Source: a virus
Taxonomy: Duplodnaviria; Heunggongvirae; Uroviricota; Caudoviricetes
IMG/VR virus record: IMGVR_UViG_3300048597_000653
Span: 1-53,624 of that record
Length of the DNA: 53,624 nt
Direction: 5' to 3' (one strand)
The translations under genes and the position numbers were made by a program. Under the pieces are notes generated by a model. That model saw only the letters and a program-made list of their open reading frames with translations, had not been told where the DNA came from and ran no database searches. This document shows positions 44,579-53,624 of the stretch, piece after piece. The stretch's first letter is position 1, and each line of letters opens with the position of its first letter.

Positions 44579-47357
44579 CTACTCCGGCGGTGACGTGTCG
44601 GACTGTTTTCGGCGACGAGCTTTGGGTAGGCCCGCCGTTATCGGTGCAGTCATCGTATCGTAGAGCCTGAACAAGAACTCCATACGTTGTAAATCATTCG
44701 CAAAGGGTTGAGAGCGATAGCACTTATCGACCACTTTGTCGAGTTCCGCGTGAGCTTTGGAAAGGTTCCTTGGCATCGTCACCGGATCATACAAATCCGC
44801 CAAGGAACTATCAGGCCATGCTTGTCGGGCATCGAGCACAAGCTGCGCCTTTGCTTCGACTGTCTCTCGGGCTTTTTTCGTTGCCGTATCAGGCCACGGA
44901 AAGTTGTTGTAGACAAGTGTGCCTGAGTAGCGATAACGCGATTCCAGTCGTCCCGCAATTTGCCGTACCCAGGCCATGTGCATAGCAGAGGAGAGGATTC
45001 CAAAATGAAAGAGCGTTGCTTCTTCCACAACAAATACGAGATCGCTAACCAGCGTTTCCGGTGACATGAAGCCAATGGGAATGTACAGCCGTCGCTCGGA
45101 TGAGACCTTGGGAATCAACAAGAATTCGCGCGTTGGCATTTTCTCGACATGAAAGCGGGTGGGCGTCTTCGCGATTTTTTGTGTGGGAATACTCTTACTG
45201 GCTGCTCTGAACTTGCGGACGGCCTCCACTCGTTTGACAGCCTCAGGCATCGCCTTGAGTTCGTTGGGGGGGACAATCCCCGAGCCAGAGGCACCAACGC
45301 TTTTTGCCGTTGATGAACTCGTCCGATCCAACCCATTGTCGGAACCATTTTTTCGCCTTGGGCTCTTGCTTGAGGAACTGGTCCATCTCCTCTTCCAAGA
45401 ACAAATAATTGCCGTCGTCGATGGGCTTATTACCGATCGCGATTTTCGGCACGGCACAAACAGGCGTCTCTCTGTTGACAATGAGCGTATCGGGGCCTTC
45501 AACGAGGTAGGGGCTGATGTTCTTGGCGTCAATTACCGTTGGTGTGTTCGGATCAGATTCGTAGTCATAGAGTCGTTTTTTCCCAGCGACGTTTTCGCCG
45601 AAACCGATGATGACTACATGGACGTGAGCTTTGCCTCTCGCCTCGCTTTCCCAGGCAAAGGTGCGGTGCGCGAAGCGAATTTGCAGTCCGCGTTTAAGCA
45701 AGTCCGCCCAAAGCGTTCCAACTTGCTCGCCCTGGGTAATAGAGTTCGTGGAAACGAAGCCAACCGATATGTTGGTGCCGCGAATAAAACCCGCCGCCTG
45801 AAAGTACCATCCGGTCACATAGTCGAGCAGGCCCACATTCTTGACTGTCGAGGCAACAGTTTTCATGTCCGAACGTTGTGACTCCGACTGGTATTTCGAC
45901 CCAACGAATGGAGGGTTGCCCAAAACGTAGCTGCACTCTTCTGGGGCGACGATCGTCCGCCAATCGAGTCGGAGTGCGTTACCCTGAACGATCTTGGCAC
46001 TTTTTCGGAGCGGCAGCCGCACGAAATATTGGCCGAAAGCTTCCGAGACCCGGAGGTTCATTTGATGATCCATGAGCCACATCGCCACTTCGGCAATGCG
46101 AACCGGAAACTCGTTGATTTCAACGCCAATAAAGGCATCGACGTCCACCCTGGCCATGTGCGAGATATCCAGGGTCAACTGACGATCGCCCTCCTGTAGT
46201 TGCAGCAGGACATCGAGTTCAAGGAGTCGTAGCTCGCGGTAGGTGACAACCAAAAAGTTCCCACAGCCACAAGCCGGGTCAAAAAATCGGAGCTTTGCTA
46301 AGCGATCATGGAAGCGCCGTAGGTCAGGTTTGCTTTTCTTGATCCGCTCGAACTCGGCACGCAAATCGTCGAGGAAAAGAGAGCGTACAACCTTCATAAT
46401 GTCGCGTTCGCTCGTGTAGTGTGCTCCGACTTGACGCCGTTCGCGTGGCTCAATCACTGACTGAAAGAGTGAGCCGAAAATTGCTGGCGAGATACGGCTC
46501 CAATCAAAGCGGCAGCAACTCAGGAGAGCCTCGCGGGTTGATCGCGTGAACTCGACGAACTCAAGGTGTTCGGCAAACAAGTCACCATTGACGTAGGGGA
46601 GACTGGCTAAGAGTTCGTCGAGATTCCTCTGTCGGTGGTCCGTCGGTGTATTAAGGACGGAGAAAATGCGTGCCAGGTGTGCTCCTAAGTCGGAGCCGTC
46701 CGCGTTGGTTCGCTCTTCAACGAACTGGGTAAACGCGTTTCGGTCAAAGATTCCGTTGTCTTCGGCGAAGAGACAAAACAACACGCGAACGAGGAATCGT
46801 TCTAACTGGTGACCGGCGTAGCCGCCGTCTTCCAAGGCATCGTGCAGTTCGCCCATTTTCTCAACGGCCTTGACGTTGATCGGATCCTCAACATCAAGGC
46901 GGTGCTGCTTATAGCCTGGGATGAAGGCAAAGACATGGACGTGCTTGTGCAACTCCTTGAGCGAGCATTCAAACGATTTACGCTCATCCAAGTCGTGAAG
47001 AGCCAAGGAAGCAAAATCGGAAAGGACAACGTACCGAGGAATATCGTCGTCACGACCAGCATCTTTTAGGCCTCGGATGTACGCCATCGCCTGGCTTTGT
47101 GCGACGTCCAGCGGCTTGCCCAAACTCTTGTGTTCGACGAGTAATGTCCCAGGCCAGAAGAGGTCAATGAAGCCCCAGGCACCAGAAAGTTTCTTTACCG
47201 GCTCTTCAAAACTGGCGACGGTCCGCCGGCGCACACCAAAAACCGCGAAGAACTCATCCCAAAAGCTTTTGGCTTCAGCGTGCTCTCTGGTTTCCGCCGC
47301 CCACTCTTTGGAAAAAGCAATGGCGTTCTGACGAATCTCGTTCCAAGATATGGGCAC
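44579..47357 (-). pseudogene. MmeI-like type IIL restriction-modification enzyme, +1 frameshift in G7 tract (45266-45272)
   Basis: MPISWNEIRQNAIAFSKEW, FIDLFWPG..LVEHKS, DPACGCGNFL, GNPPFVG, TRD FNNFPWP-like YNNFPWP; removing one G joins the two ORFs into 925 aa. Confidence 0.9.
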
Positions 47358-47560
47358 GGCAGGGTATTACTCCGGAAACATAGCTTGGCTCGTTTGCATC
47401 GAACTGATGGGCCATGTTGTAGCACGGAAAAACTCGCTCGGGAATGTTGTAAAACAGCACATGAATAACCGCCTGTAAGCTTGAGTCATACGGCGGGAAT
47501 CCGCGTGGCCGCCGGCCGGCGGAGTCGGTATGCTGGCGACCCGACCCAAAAGGAGGCATC

Positions 47561-48478
47561 ATGCACGCACTGCTCGTCGCGGCCGCGCTGGGCGCGGTCT
47601 TCACACCGCTCGGAGAGTTCACCACGTTCCAGTCGTTCAGCGATCGGGTCTCCCTCTCGCCGGACGGCCACACCGCAGTCGGTTGGAGCGACACGCTAGG
47701 CGGACCGGAAGCCTTCATCTGGACCGCGGGAAGCGGGATGCAATCGCTGGGCGCCGGCCGAGCCCTGGCGGTGACCAACGGCGGGACCATGATCGTCGGC
47801 GATCGAGCGGGTGAGGCCTGGGAGTTCGTGGGCGGCACAGGCTACGGACCGGGGACCGCGCTGGCGACGGATGGGACCACAGTCGTCGGGACGTCCGGCG
47901 GCCAAGCGATGAACTTCACCACGGGCGAAGACCTGGGAATCGGCCAAGCGCTGGTGATCTTCGAGGGAACGATCTACGGTCAGTACGCTCCGCCGACTCC
48001 GCACCGGGCGTGGAACTACACCACCGGCCAGTCGCTGGGCGAGGGTTATCTCTACGATGTGAGCGATGCCGGGATCGCCGGAGCAACCGCGGGTGCTTAC
48101 GCCGCCAAGTATCCGACCATCCTCCCGCAACCGCCGGCCACCTTTGCATCCAACGCGTTTGCCATCTCGCGTGGCGGCCGGATGGTGGGTGCCAATATCA
48201 CGGGTCAAGGAATCTTCGCCGTGATCTGGGAGAACGACGGGACCGCGAGCTACCTGGCCGACTGGCTGCCCGCGGGGCTTGTCCCAACGGGCTGGATCTT
48301 GCGAGAGGCAACCGACATCTCGGATGACGGCCACAAAATTGCGGGCTTCGCGGAACGGCCAGATGGTGTCTACCAGAGCTTTGTGGTTGCGGTCCCAGAA
48401 CCCGCTACAATGACGTCATCCGTAATTGCGGTGATCGCCTTGTTCGCTGGACGGCGGAGAACACACAGTGAGCGTTAA
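47561..48478 (+). CDS. PEP-CTERM protein with HAF-like repeats
   Basis: GGAGG RBS, signal peptide, EAFIWTAGSGMQSLG, C-terminal VPEP-TM-RRR. Confidence 0.85.
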   Translation: MHALLVAAALGAVFTPLGEFTTFQSFSDRVSLSPDGHTAVGWSDTLGGPEAFIWTAGSGMQSLGAGRALAVTNGGTMIVGDRAGEAWEFVGGTGYGPGTALATDGTTVVGTSGGQAMNFTTGEDLGIGQALVIFEGTIYGQYAPPTPHRAWNYTTGQSLGEGYLYDVSDAGIAGATAGAYAAKYPTILPQPPATFASNAFAISRGGRMVGANITGQGIFAVIWENDGTASYLADWLPAGLVPTGWILREATDISDDGHKIAGFAERPDGVYQSFVVAVPEPATMTSSVIAVIALFAGRRRTHSER

Positions 48479-49025
48479 TACTAAGCAGTTGGCGGCGTGG
48501 CTATTGATGCTAAAGGAGGCACGTCAGTCGATCCCTGAACTCGATGAGATGGTTAGAGACGTTGTGACAACGCTTGCGCAGTCGTACAACGATTCAGATT
48601 CGACACAAACCTTGTACCTCATCGGCGATCAATCGTACACGCTTGATGCCATTCAAGCTGCGAGACCGCATATTGCTCCGGAGACAATTGAGCGTGTCCA
48701 ATTGGACATTTGGGATCTGTTGCACAATCGAATTAGTGCAGCGCTTAGTGTTCACGGCAAAGCGCGTCATGTGGATGAAATCAATAAGCTTTATGCTCTC
48801 GTCCGGAGGCCTGACAATTATAGATTTCCGGTCTTGAGTGCAGAATCTGACAAGTCCTTTGAGCATAGGGGCCTTCTGCGAGTCTTTATCGACCCTGGCG
48901 AAGCATCGACCGAATTGCTCACCGAGTTCTATATAGCCCTGTCTGCTTATTACCGAGCATTAGGCGGAGCAGGACTTGAAGTGATTGGTCGTGAAAGAAG
49001 AATTCTTGTGGGAGAGCGAGCATGA
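48468..49025 (+). CDS. hypothetical protein
   Basis: Overlaps upstream stop; C-terminal IDPG...ALSAYYRALGGAGL. Confidence 0.7.
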   Translation: MSVNTKQLAAWLLMLKEARQSIPELDEMVRDVVTTLAQSYNDSDSTQTLYLIGDQSYTLDAIQAARPHIAPETIERVQLDIWDLLHNRISAALSVHGKARHVDEINKLYALVRRPDNYRFPVLSAESDKSFEHRGLLRVFIDPGEASTELLTEFYIALSAYYRALGGAGLEVIGRERRILVGERA

Positions 49026-49471
49026 GCTTGACTCCCTACGATGAAGGATCTGTTGTGGTTCAACGCACGGACTTGCGCGCTATTACGTCGCCCGAAGTGA
49101 GTGCTAAACCAGGAGCCTGGAGAGCATTTTGCAATGGTTTGCGAAATCTATTCGGGAGAAGATCGGTCGAACTTGGCGAACGATATCTCAAAGCCAAGGT
49201 TCGCCAAGAAGAAGTTGAGGCGGAAGCCAGGTTGATGCAAGCGACCGCAGATTACGAACTAAAAATGGCTCACGTGCGACGGTTGGATGCTGAAACAGAT
49301 CAGTCGTTGCGTAGAGTTGACTCACTGACGAAGATACTCGCACTTGCGAAGAACGAAAAGCCAGAAGCGGCGATGGCTCGTCTTGAAGAGATCGTGCGGC
49401 AGATTGAAATGGCGGGCGGGGCCATTGAAATTCAAGAGGCCAGAGAGATCCCGTTCGACGACAGCGAATGA
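49022..49471 (+). CDS. coiled-coil hypothetical protein
   Basis: ATGA overlap. Confidence 0.7.
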   Translation: MSLTPYDEGSVVVQRTDLRAITSPEVSAKPGAWRAFCNGLRNLFGRRSVELGERYLKAKVRQEEVEAEARLMQATADYELKMAHVRRLDAETDQSLRRVDSLTKILALAKNEKPEAAMARLEEIVRQIEMAGGAIEIQEAREIPFDDSE

Positions 49472-49632
49472 ACCTATCGCTGAAACGTGCTGAGTAGCTG
49501 CCGGGACTTCTGGAGCGGAGAGGTTCAGCAAGGTACTAGGTTGCAGGACGTCTTGACTCGCCGCGTCGCATGCCTAAGCCTTGCGGTAGTTGCAGGATCG
49601 TGCGATCTATTGCCCACTTGAGGAGAATGCCG

Positions 49633-50226
49633 ATGCCTAGAATGCTCGTCGCCGTCACTATGGTTCTCGTGTGGATGTCAGTTGTAACGGCGCAAGATTC
49701 GCCATTTAGAGATGAGGCCGATCAAGCGGTGCTGGATCTCATTAAGGAAACGTATCCACCGCTTGAAGGAAGGATTGAGGTTAGCACGGAGCCGCTGAAG
49801 GGAAATCGCATCATCAAGCACGAGGGCGAGGGCGAGGGCAAGGGCGTCGTTGTGGAAGCTACGTTTACGGTGTGGGTCAAGAACATCCAAGAGAAGGATG
49901 CTTTTGGATTTAGCCCAGGCGACATCGACGTCATGCTCTTCACTATAGATGGAAAGCCCTTTCCCAGTGAAGACTATCGATGGAATGAATCAGGGCATGG
50001 CGAAACTGGAACCTATAAACTCGCGCCAGGAAAACAGAACGGAAAACACATTACTCTTAGATTGTTCGACAAAGAGGTGAAACCTGATTCACGCTATTTG
50101 GTCGTTGCAACTTATGTGCAACTGTATGAAGGCCCGCCAGTAGGTTTCGATCAGATGGCTGCCATTCGTGTGATTAGCGCGGTGGAAGAGGCTCCGGCCG
50201 AAGATGACGAAGCGGGCAAAGAATAA
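49633..50226 (+). CDS. secreted protein, possible Ig-like beta sandwich
   Basis: AGGAG RBS, signal peptide ending VVTA-Q, beta-rich. Confidence 0.7.
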   Translation: MPRMLVAVTMVLVWMSVVTAQDSPFRDEADQAVLDLIKETYPPLEGRIEVSTEPLKGNRIIKHEGEGEGKGVVVEATFTVWVKNIQEKDAFGFSPGDIDVMLFTIDGKPFPSEDYRWNESGHGETGTYKLAPGKQNGKHITLRLFDKEVKPDSRYLVVATYVQLYEGPPVGFDQMAAIRVISAVEEAPAEDDEAGKE

Positions 50227-50240
50227 TCTCGCACCACTTT

Positions 50241-50750
50241 CTAAGGACGAGACTTTGGTTTCCAACTAAAGTGATATGAGTTGTCTCTTTGAACGTAAAT
50301 CACTCTGACCGAATGGCGAGTGAAGTTCCCCTTGCCGGCGTTGATGCCGTCGTACGTCTTCTTAAGCTTCGGTTTAGGAATTGGGTTGCTTGAAAGGTCC
50401 AACAGCAAGAGCACCCTCGTCTTCGCCTCACTGGAGAGCACGCGAGTAAGTTTTCTTAATTCGCTTCGGTTCTGTGACCCGTATAGGTGTCCTCCTTTTG
50501 TACGCGGTCTGACCGCGAACTCGATAACCACAGGGTTACTCGTCCCATATCGAAAGTCGATTCGTTGCGGTCTCGGTTTCGAGTGCATCCGCACTCTGTG
50601 CTGACGCGAGAAGTGTCCAAAACGCCCTTCAAAATAGGCGTATACCGTCCGGTCTATCAGCATTTCCCGATCGTCGTCGTTACTGTACTCATACTCATCA
50701 AGCAAGTGGAGGATGCGCTCCGCAGCGTCGATAATCACCGCAATTTTCAT
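50241..50750 (-). CDS. hypothetical protein, possible PD-(D/E)xK nuclease fold
   Basis: RIDFRYG...VVIEFAVR. Confidence 0.55.
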   Translation of the reverse strand: MKIAVIIDAAERILHLLDEYEYSNDDDREMLIDRTVYAYFEGRFGHFSRQHRVRMHSKPRPQRIDFRYGTSNPVVIEFAVRPRTKGGHLYGSQNRSELRKLTRVLSSEAKTRVLLLLDLSSNPIPKPKLKKTYDGINAGKGNFTRHSVRVIYVQRDNSYHFSWKPKSRP

Positions 50751-51004
50751 GTGGCTGCCACCATTTGGGCTGAGGTCACGGCATTTGTATACCTTTGACG
50801 GCTACTATTCTCGACTGCCGTCCAGGTAGGTGCAAGACAGCCGACCTGATTATCGCGTCAATAGAAGGGGCGGGATATCTTGCTTGCTGAGGGATATCCA
50901 CTAATCCACAGACGACCGTGTTTACCCCAGGTCGGCCGAGACCACAAACGACGCAGAGCAGACGAATGCCGAAGTAATACCGGCACGATCGAAAAGGCGT
51001 TGGA

Positions 51005-51235
51005 TCATAGTTGCGAGTAGAGGGTTTGAGCTTTCTTGCGGATCGAGGTCAGCAGGGCTTCCGCGGCTGCCAGTTTCTCTTTGCATTCGCGAACGGCAGC
51101 GATCTGGATGACCTCGTAGGAGACCCAGGCTTCGTATTCGCTGTTGCAGTACGGATTCTTGGGGAGTTGCAGGACCTCTTCGCAGAGGCATTCGAGCCCG
51201 GAGGGCGTGCTGACGACACGGTATCGTTTAGGCAT
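51005..51235 (-). CDS. hypothetical protein
   Basis: Overlaps upstream stop. Confidence 0.6.
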   Translation of the reverse strand: MPKRYRVVSTPSGLECLCEEVLQLPKNPYCNSEYEAWVSYEVIQIAAVRECKEKLAAAEALLTSIRKKAQTLYSQL

Positions 51236-51533
51236 CGATCAGCTTGCAGAGCTTGTTGAGATCGCGAGTGAGGTACTTGATTTGCTCCTCAATGCCTTTG
51301 AGTTCGCACTCGATGTTTTCGGCGAGGTACTCGATGGCCGCCTTCTTGGCATCTTTGATGTCTCGGAACAGCTTCTCAGGCCAGAAGCACTTGCGAATCT
51401 CGCAACGATACCGAAACATGACGCCGTACAAGCTCAAAGGCATCGGTTCCAGGAAGACAAACGTCTTGGTTTCCCGCTTGACCGGGACTTCTACGACCTG
51501 TCCGGTGCGGGTATACGAGTAAAGATTAGCCAT
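51228..51533 (-). CDS. hypothetical protein
   Basis: Likely start MANLYSY; C-terminal coiled coil. Confidence 0.65.
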   Translation of the reverse strand: MANLYSYTRTGQVVEVPVKRETKTFVFLEPMPLSLYGVMFRYRCEIRKCFWPEKLFRDIKDAKKAAIEYLAENIECELKGIEEQIKYLTRDLNKLCKLIDA

Positions 51534-51658
51534 GAAGGTTCCGGAAGGTGGTGACAAGGTGTTGGCAGCGGCAGGCGAACTCACGCAGGGAACTGGCCAA
51601 CGGGACGGCCGCCTGTGCGATGGTCGCCAGAACCGCCCGGCGAGCGGACTTGCGATGG

Positions 51659-52036
51659 CTACGCCGCAGGCGATGATCGCGGGACATGCGGTTCTCCCAA
51701 ATTCGTGTCACAGAACGCCAGAATGGATTCAGACGTCCTGCGATGCAGGTCGCGCGTCTTGATCTCCAACGACACCGTCGCGACATACTGCTCCAGCCGT
51801 TGCAGTCGAAAGCCGACAACGATCAAGATGAGCCAGAGACCAAACATCGTCCCGAGCACGCCGAGAGCGTAGGGTGTGAAATACTCAACCGGATCCCACA
51901 TTCGTCCAATCATCAGCGTGGCGACTGCTGCCAGCAGGCAACAGTAGTAGACTTTGTTCTTGAACTGCCGGTGCTTGGCCTCACGCAGGACCGAGTGCAA
52001 GCCCCAGTAGGTCAAGTAGCAGACGTCAACCATCAT
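51659..52036 (-). CDS. 2-TM membrane protein
   Basis: Two hydrophobic segments; ATGA overlap. Confidence 0.65.
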   Translation of the reverse strand: MMVDVCYLTYWGLHSVLREAKHRQFKNKVYYCCLLAAVATLMIGRMWDPVEYFTPYALGVLGTMFGLWLILIVVGFRLQRLEQYVATVSLEIKTRDLHRRTSESILAFCDTNLGEPHVPRSSPAA

Positions 52037-52191
52037 TTGTAGCCTCGATATTTGCCGTAGGTGGGTGGTGATTCAGGGTTCTGTTTGGCGCGACGTCGCT
52101 CGATGCGAACTTTGAGTCGCTTGAGCCAGGACTTGACTGTACCACTGCCACTGCTGCCAGCTTGTTCGACGTCGGGCTTGGGAGGGCGCAT
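52033..52191 (-). CDS. 52-aa basic peptide (paralog 1)
   Basis: ...ERRRAKQNPESPPTYGKYRGYK. Confidence 0.7.
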   Translation of the reverse strand: MRPPKPDVEQAGSSGSGTVKSWLKRLKVRIERRRAKQNPESPPTYGKYRGYK

Positions 52192-52212
52192 GGTGTTTGA
52201 ACTCTTCGATCA

Positions 52213-52608
52213 TCAACTGGCGAGCTTCTCGTTGGATTCAGTGCAAAGCTGGTGAAAGGCGGTTGCGGCCGGGCTGAGTGCATACTTAGCCCGCTCGGCA
52301 GCCTGTTCGGCGGCCCGCCTTGTCCGCTCTTTCCTGATCGAACTGATGTAGCGATGGGCGACCAGTACGTCGTTTGCAAACCACACCAGCACCAGGGCGT
52401 AAAAGGCAGTGGCGAAAACAAAGTACAATGCCAAGTCGAATGAAAACGGCTGCGTCCCGTAGTGGTACGCCACGCCGAACACTGCTGCCAATGCGACCGC
52501 ACAGATGAGCATAAGAACCAGGAACGCCAGATCGGTTAAACGACTTCGTTCCGCTTGACGCTCCGCTGCGTGCAGGCCCAAGTCGGTCAGGAACACAACA
52601 TCAATCAC
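52213..52608 (-). CDS. 2-TM membrane protein
   Basis: Two hydrophobic segments; GTGA overlap. Confidence 0.7.
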   Translation of the reverse strand: MIDVVFLTDLGLHAAERQAERSRLTDLAFLVLMLICAVALAAVFGVAYHYGTQPFSFDLALYFVFATAFYALVLVWFANDVLVAHRYISSIRKERTRRAAEQAAERAKYALSPAATAFHQLCTESNEKLAS

Positions 52609-52760
52609 GATTGATAGCCTCGATATTTTCCGTAGGTGGGAGTGGTTTCAGGGTCTTGCTTGGCACGCCGCCGCTCGACGCGAGCTTTGCGACGTTTGCG
52701 ACTGGCCTTGCCAGCACCTGAGCCGTCTGCTTGCTCAACAGTAGGACGACGAGTGCACAT
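52605..52760 (-). CDS. 51-aa basic peptide (paralog 2)
   Basis: ...ERRRAKQDPETTPTYGKYRGYQS. Confidence 0.7.
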   Translation of the reverse strand: MCTRRPTVEQADGSGAGKASRKRRKARVERRRAKQDPETTPTYGKYRGYQS

Positions 52761-52764
52761 GGAC

Positions 52765-53112
52765 TTAGGCGGCGAGGTCGTCCTCGTCCTCATCATCTTC
52801 GAGCCACGAGTCATCGTCGTAGTCTGCATCCTCATCCAGGTAGTCATCTTCGTCATCGTAGAGGTCTGAGTCGTCTTCATCCTCGTCGTCTTCGAGCCAG
52901 GAATCGTCCTCGTCCTCTTCTTCGAGCCAAGAATCATCCTCGTCTTCCTCTTCGTCGAGCCAGGAATCGTCCTCATCCTCGTCGTCTTCGAGATTATCCT
53001 CTTGAGCAAGCAAGGTGTCGCGCTGGGCGCCGACCTCAAGCGACACAAGACGGTTTAGTGGGGAATGGGACCAGTCGTCGAAGAGAAGCGTTTCAGGGAT
53101 CGCAGTCAGCAT
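52765..53112 (-). CDS. extremely acidic repeat protein
   Basis: GAGGA RBS before MLTAIP; tail of (E/D)nDDSWL repeats. Confidence 0.75.
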   Translation of the reverse strand: MLTAIPETLLFDDWSHSPLNRLVSLEVGAQRDTLLAQEDNLEDDEDEDDSWLDEEEDEDDSWLEEEDEDDSWLEDDEDEDDSDLYDDEDDYLDEDADYDDDSWLEDDEDEDDLAA

Positions 53113-53126
53113 CAGTTCCTCGGGTG

Positions 53127-53384
53127 TCACAGTTTCACAATTCGGCCGTTGCAGAGTTTGGTCAGACAGGGCTCGGGATCGTATTGCGGGTGATGGTAAT
53201 AGTCTTTGCCACAGTCGTCGCAGATCATCTGACCAGAGACGCGGGCTCCAAAGTCGTGGTGAATTTCTCGGGCGGCGAGGCATTCCGGGCATTTCAACCA
53301 GTCGTGTTCGTGATCGACGTAGCGATGACACGCCCAGGGAATCACCTCACGGATTTGCTCGATCGTGGGGTACTGGTCGGCCAT
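53127..53384 (-). CDS. small Zn-binding-like phage protein
   Basis: CPEC, CDDCGKDYYHHP, LCNGRIVKL. Confidence 0.7.
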   Translation of the reverse strand: MADQYPTIEQIREVIPWACHRYVDHEHDWLKCPECLAAREIHHDFGARVSGQMICDDCGKDYYHHPQYDPEPCLTKLCNGRIVKL

Positions 53385-53387
53385 GCG

Positions 53388-53624
53388 TTAAGGCGGCAGC
53401 TTGGAGTTGGCTTCACGCATCGACTCGGCGCGGCGGCCAAGGGCGTTGTAGAAATCGATGCCCGGCTGTGCTTGGGCCACGAACTCCGAGTAAGCGGCTT
53501 GCAAGCGGCTGATTTTCTCAGACTCGATGTCGTCACGGTTGAGATTGACACAGGAAGGTTGCTGCGAGACGGCTTGAGCCCGTTCCACACGGAAAGGTTT
53601 GCGAAGCGACTCAGGCCAGGTAGA
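53388..53624 (-). CDS. hypothetical protein, open at window edge
   Basis: Frame has no stop up to base 53624. Confidence 0.55.
   Translation of the reverse strand, partial: STWPESLRKPFRVERAQAVSQQPSCVNLNRDDIESEKISRLQAAYSEFVAQAQPGIDFYNALGRRAESMREANSKLPP

Larger units (their letters stand above)
23572..53624. mobile_element. partial large prophage/phage-like element (early/non-structural region)
   Basis: Dense, overlapping small ORFs, DUF2786, YopX-like, orphan methylases, DEDDh exonuclease, tRNA att fragment at left end; no capsid, terminase or integrase gene in the window. Confidence 0.7.

Noticed and set aside
44579-45532. Independent 317-aa gene
   Set aside because: It is the out-of-frame C-terminal part of the MmeI-like gene; its N-terminal ~95 aa are an off-frame reading
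23572-53624. Complete prophage call
   Set aside because: No terminase, portal, capsid, tail, lysis or integrase genes in the window; only a partial phage-like element can be supported

Overview
Entirely mobile/accessory DNA, probably from a planctomycete (inferred from gene styles and a PEP-CTERM protein). It has two parts that meet at a 3' fragment of tRNA-Pro(GGG) at 23527-23571. Left (1-23546): an integrative mobilizable element. It carries a MobF relaxase-helicase with an oriT-like region, ArdC plus an orphan DNA methylase, a cargo block (IS630 relic, 964-aa AAA ATPase, GNAT-like protein), a vWA/ParB/coupling-protein operon, an AlpA-like regulator and a large serine recombinase whose stop codon lies inside the tRNA fragment. 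A DGQHR + HEPN-like gene pair sits at the left edge. Right (23572-53624): part of a large phage-like element with no virion genes in the window. It comprises a rightward arm of small genes (ECF sigma factor, DEDDh exonuclease, DUF2786, C5 and MT-A70 methylases, YopX-like, RMF-like), a convergent leftward arm of small genes, a 1.3-kb non-coding region with an AT-rich core and a CGCGTC/TGACGCGTCA array, an accessory island (MmeI-like R-M gene frameshifted at a G7 tract, PEP-CTERM protein, orphans), and further small leftward genes. In the leftward arm, six genes are preceded by a fixed-spacing motif YTAACCG-N12-RCTAARG, and one gene is an Ocr-like acidic protein. The strongest leads are this motif, the Ocr-like protein, the non-coding array and the DGQHR-HEPN pair. 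All family calls are by-eye motif recognition; no searches were run.
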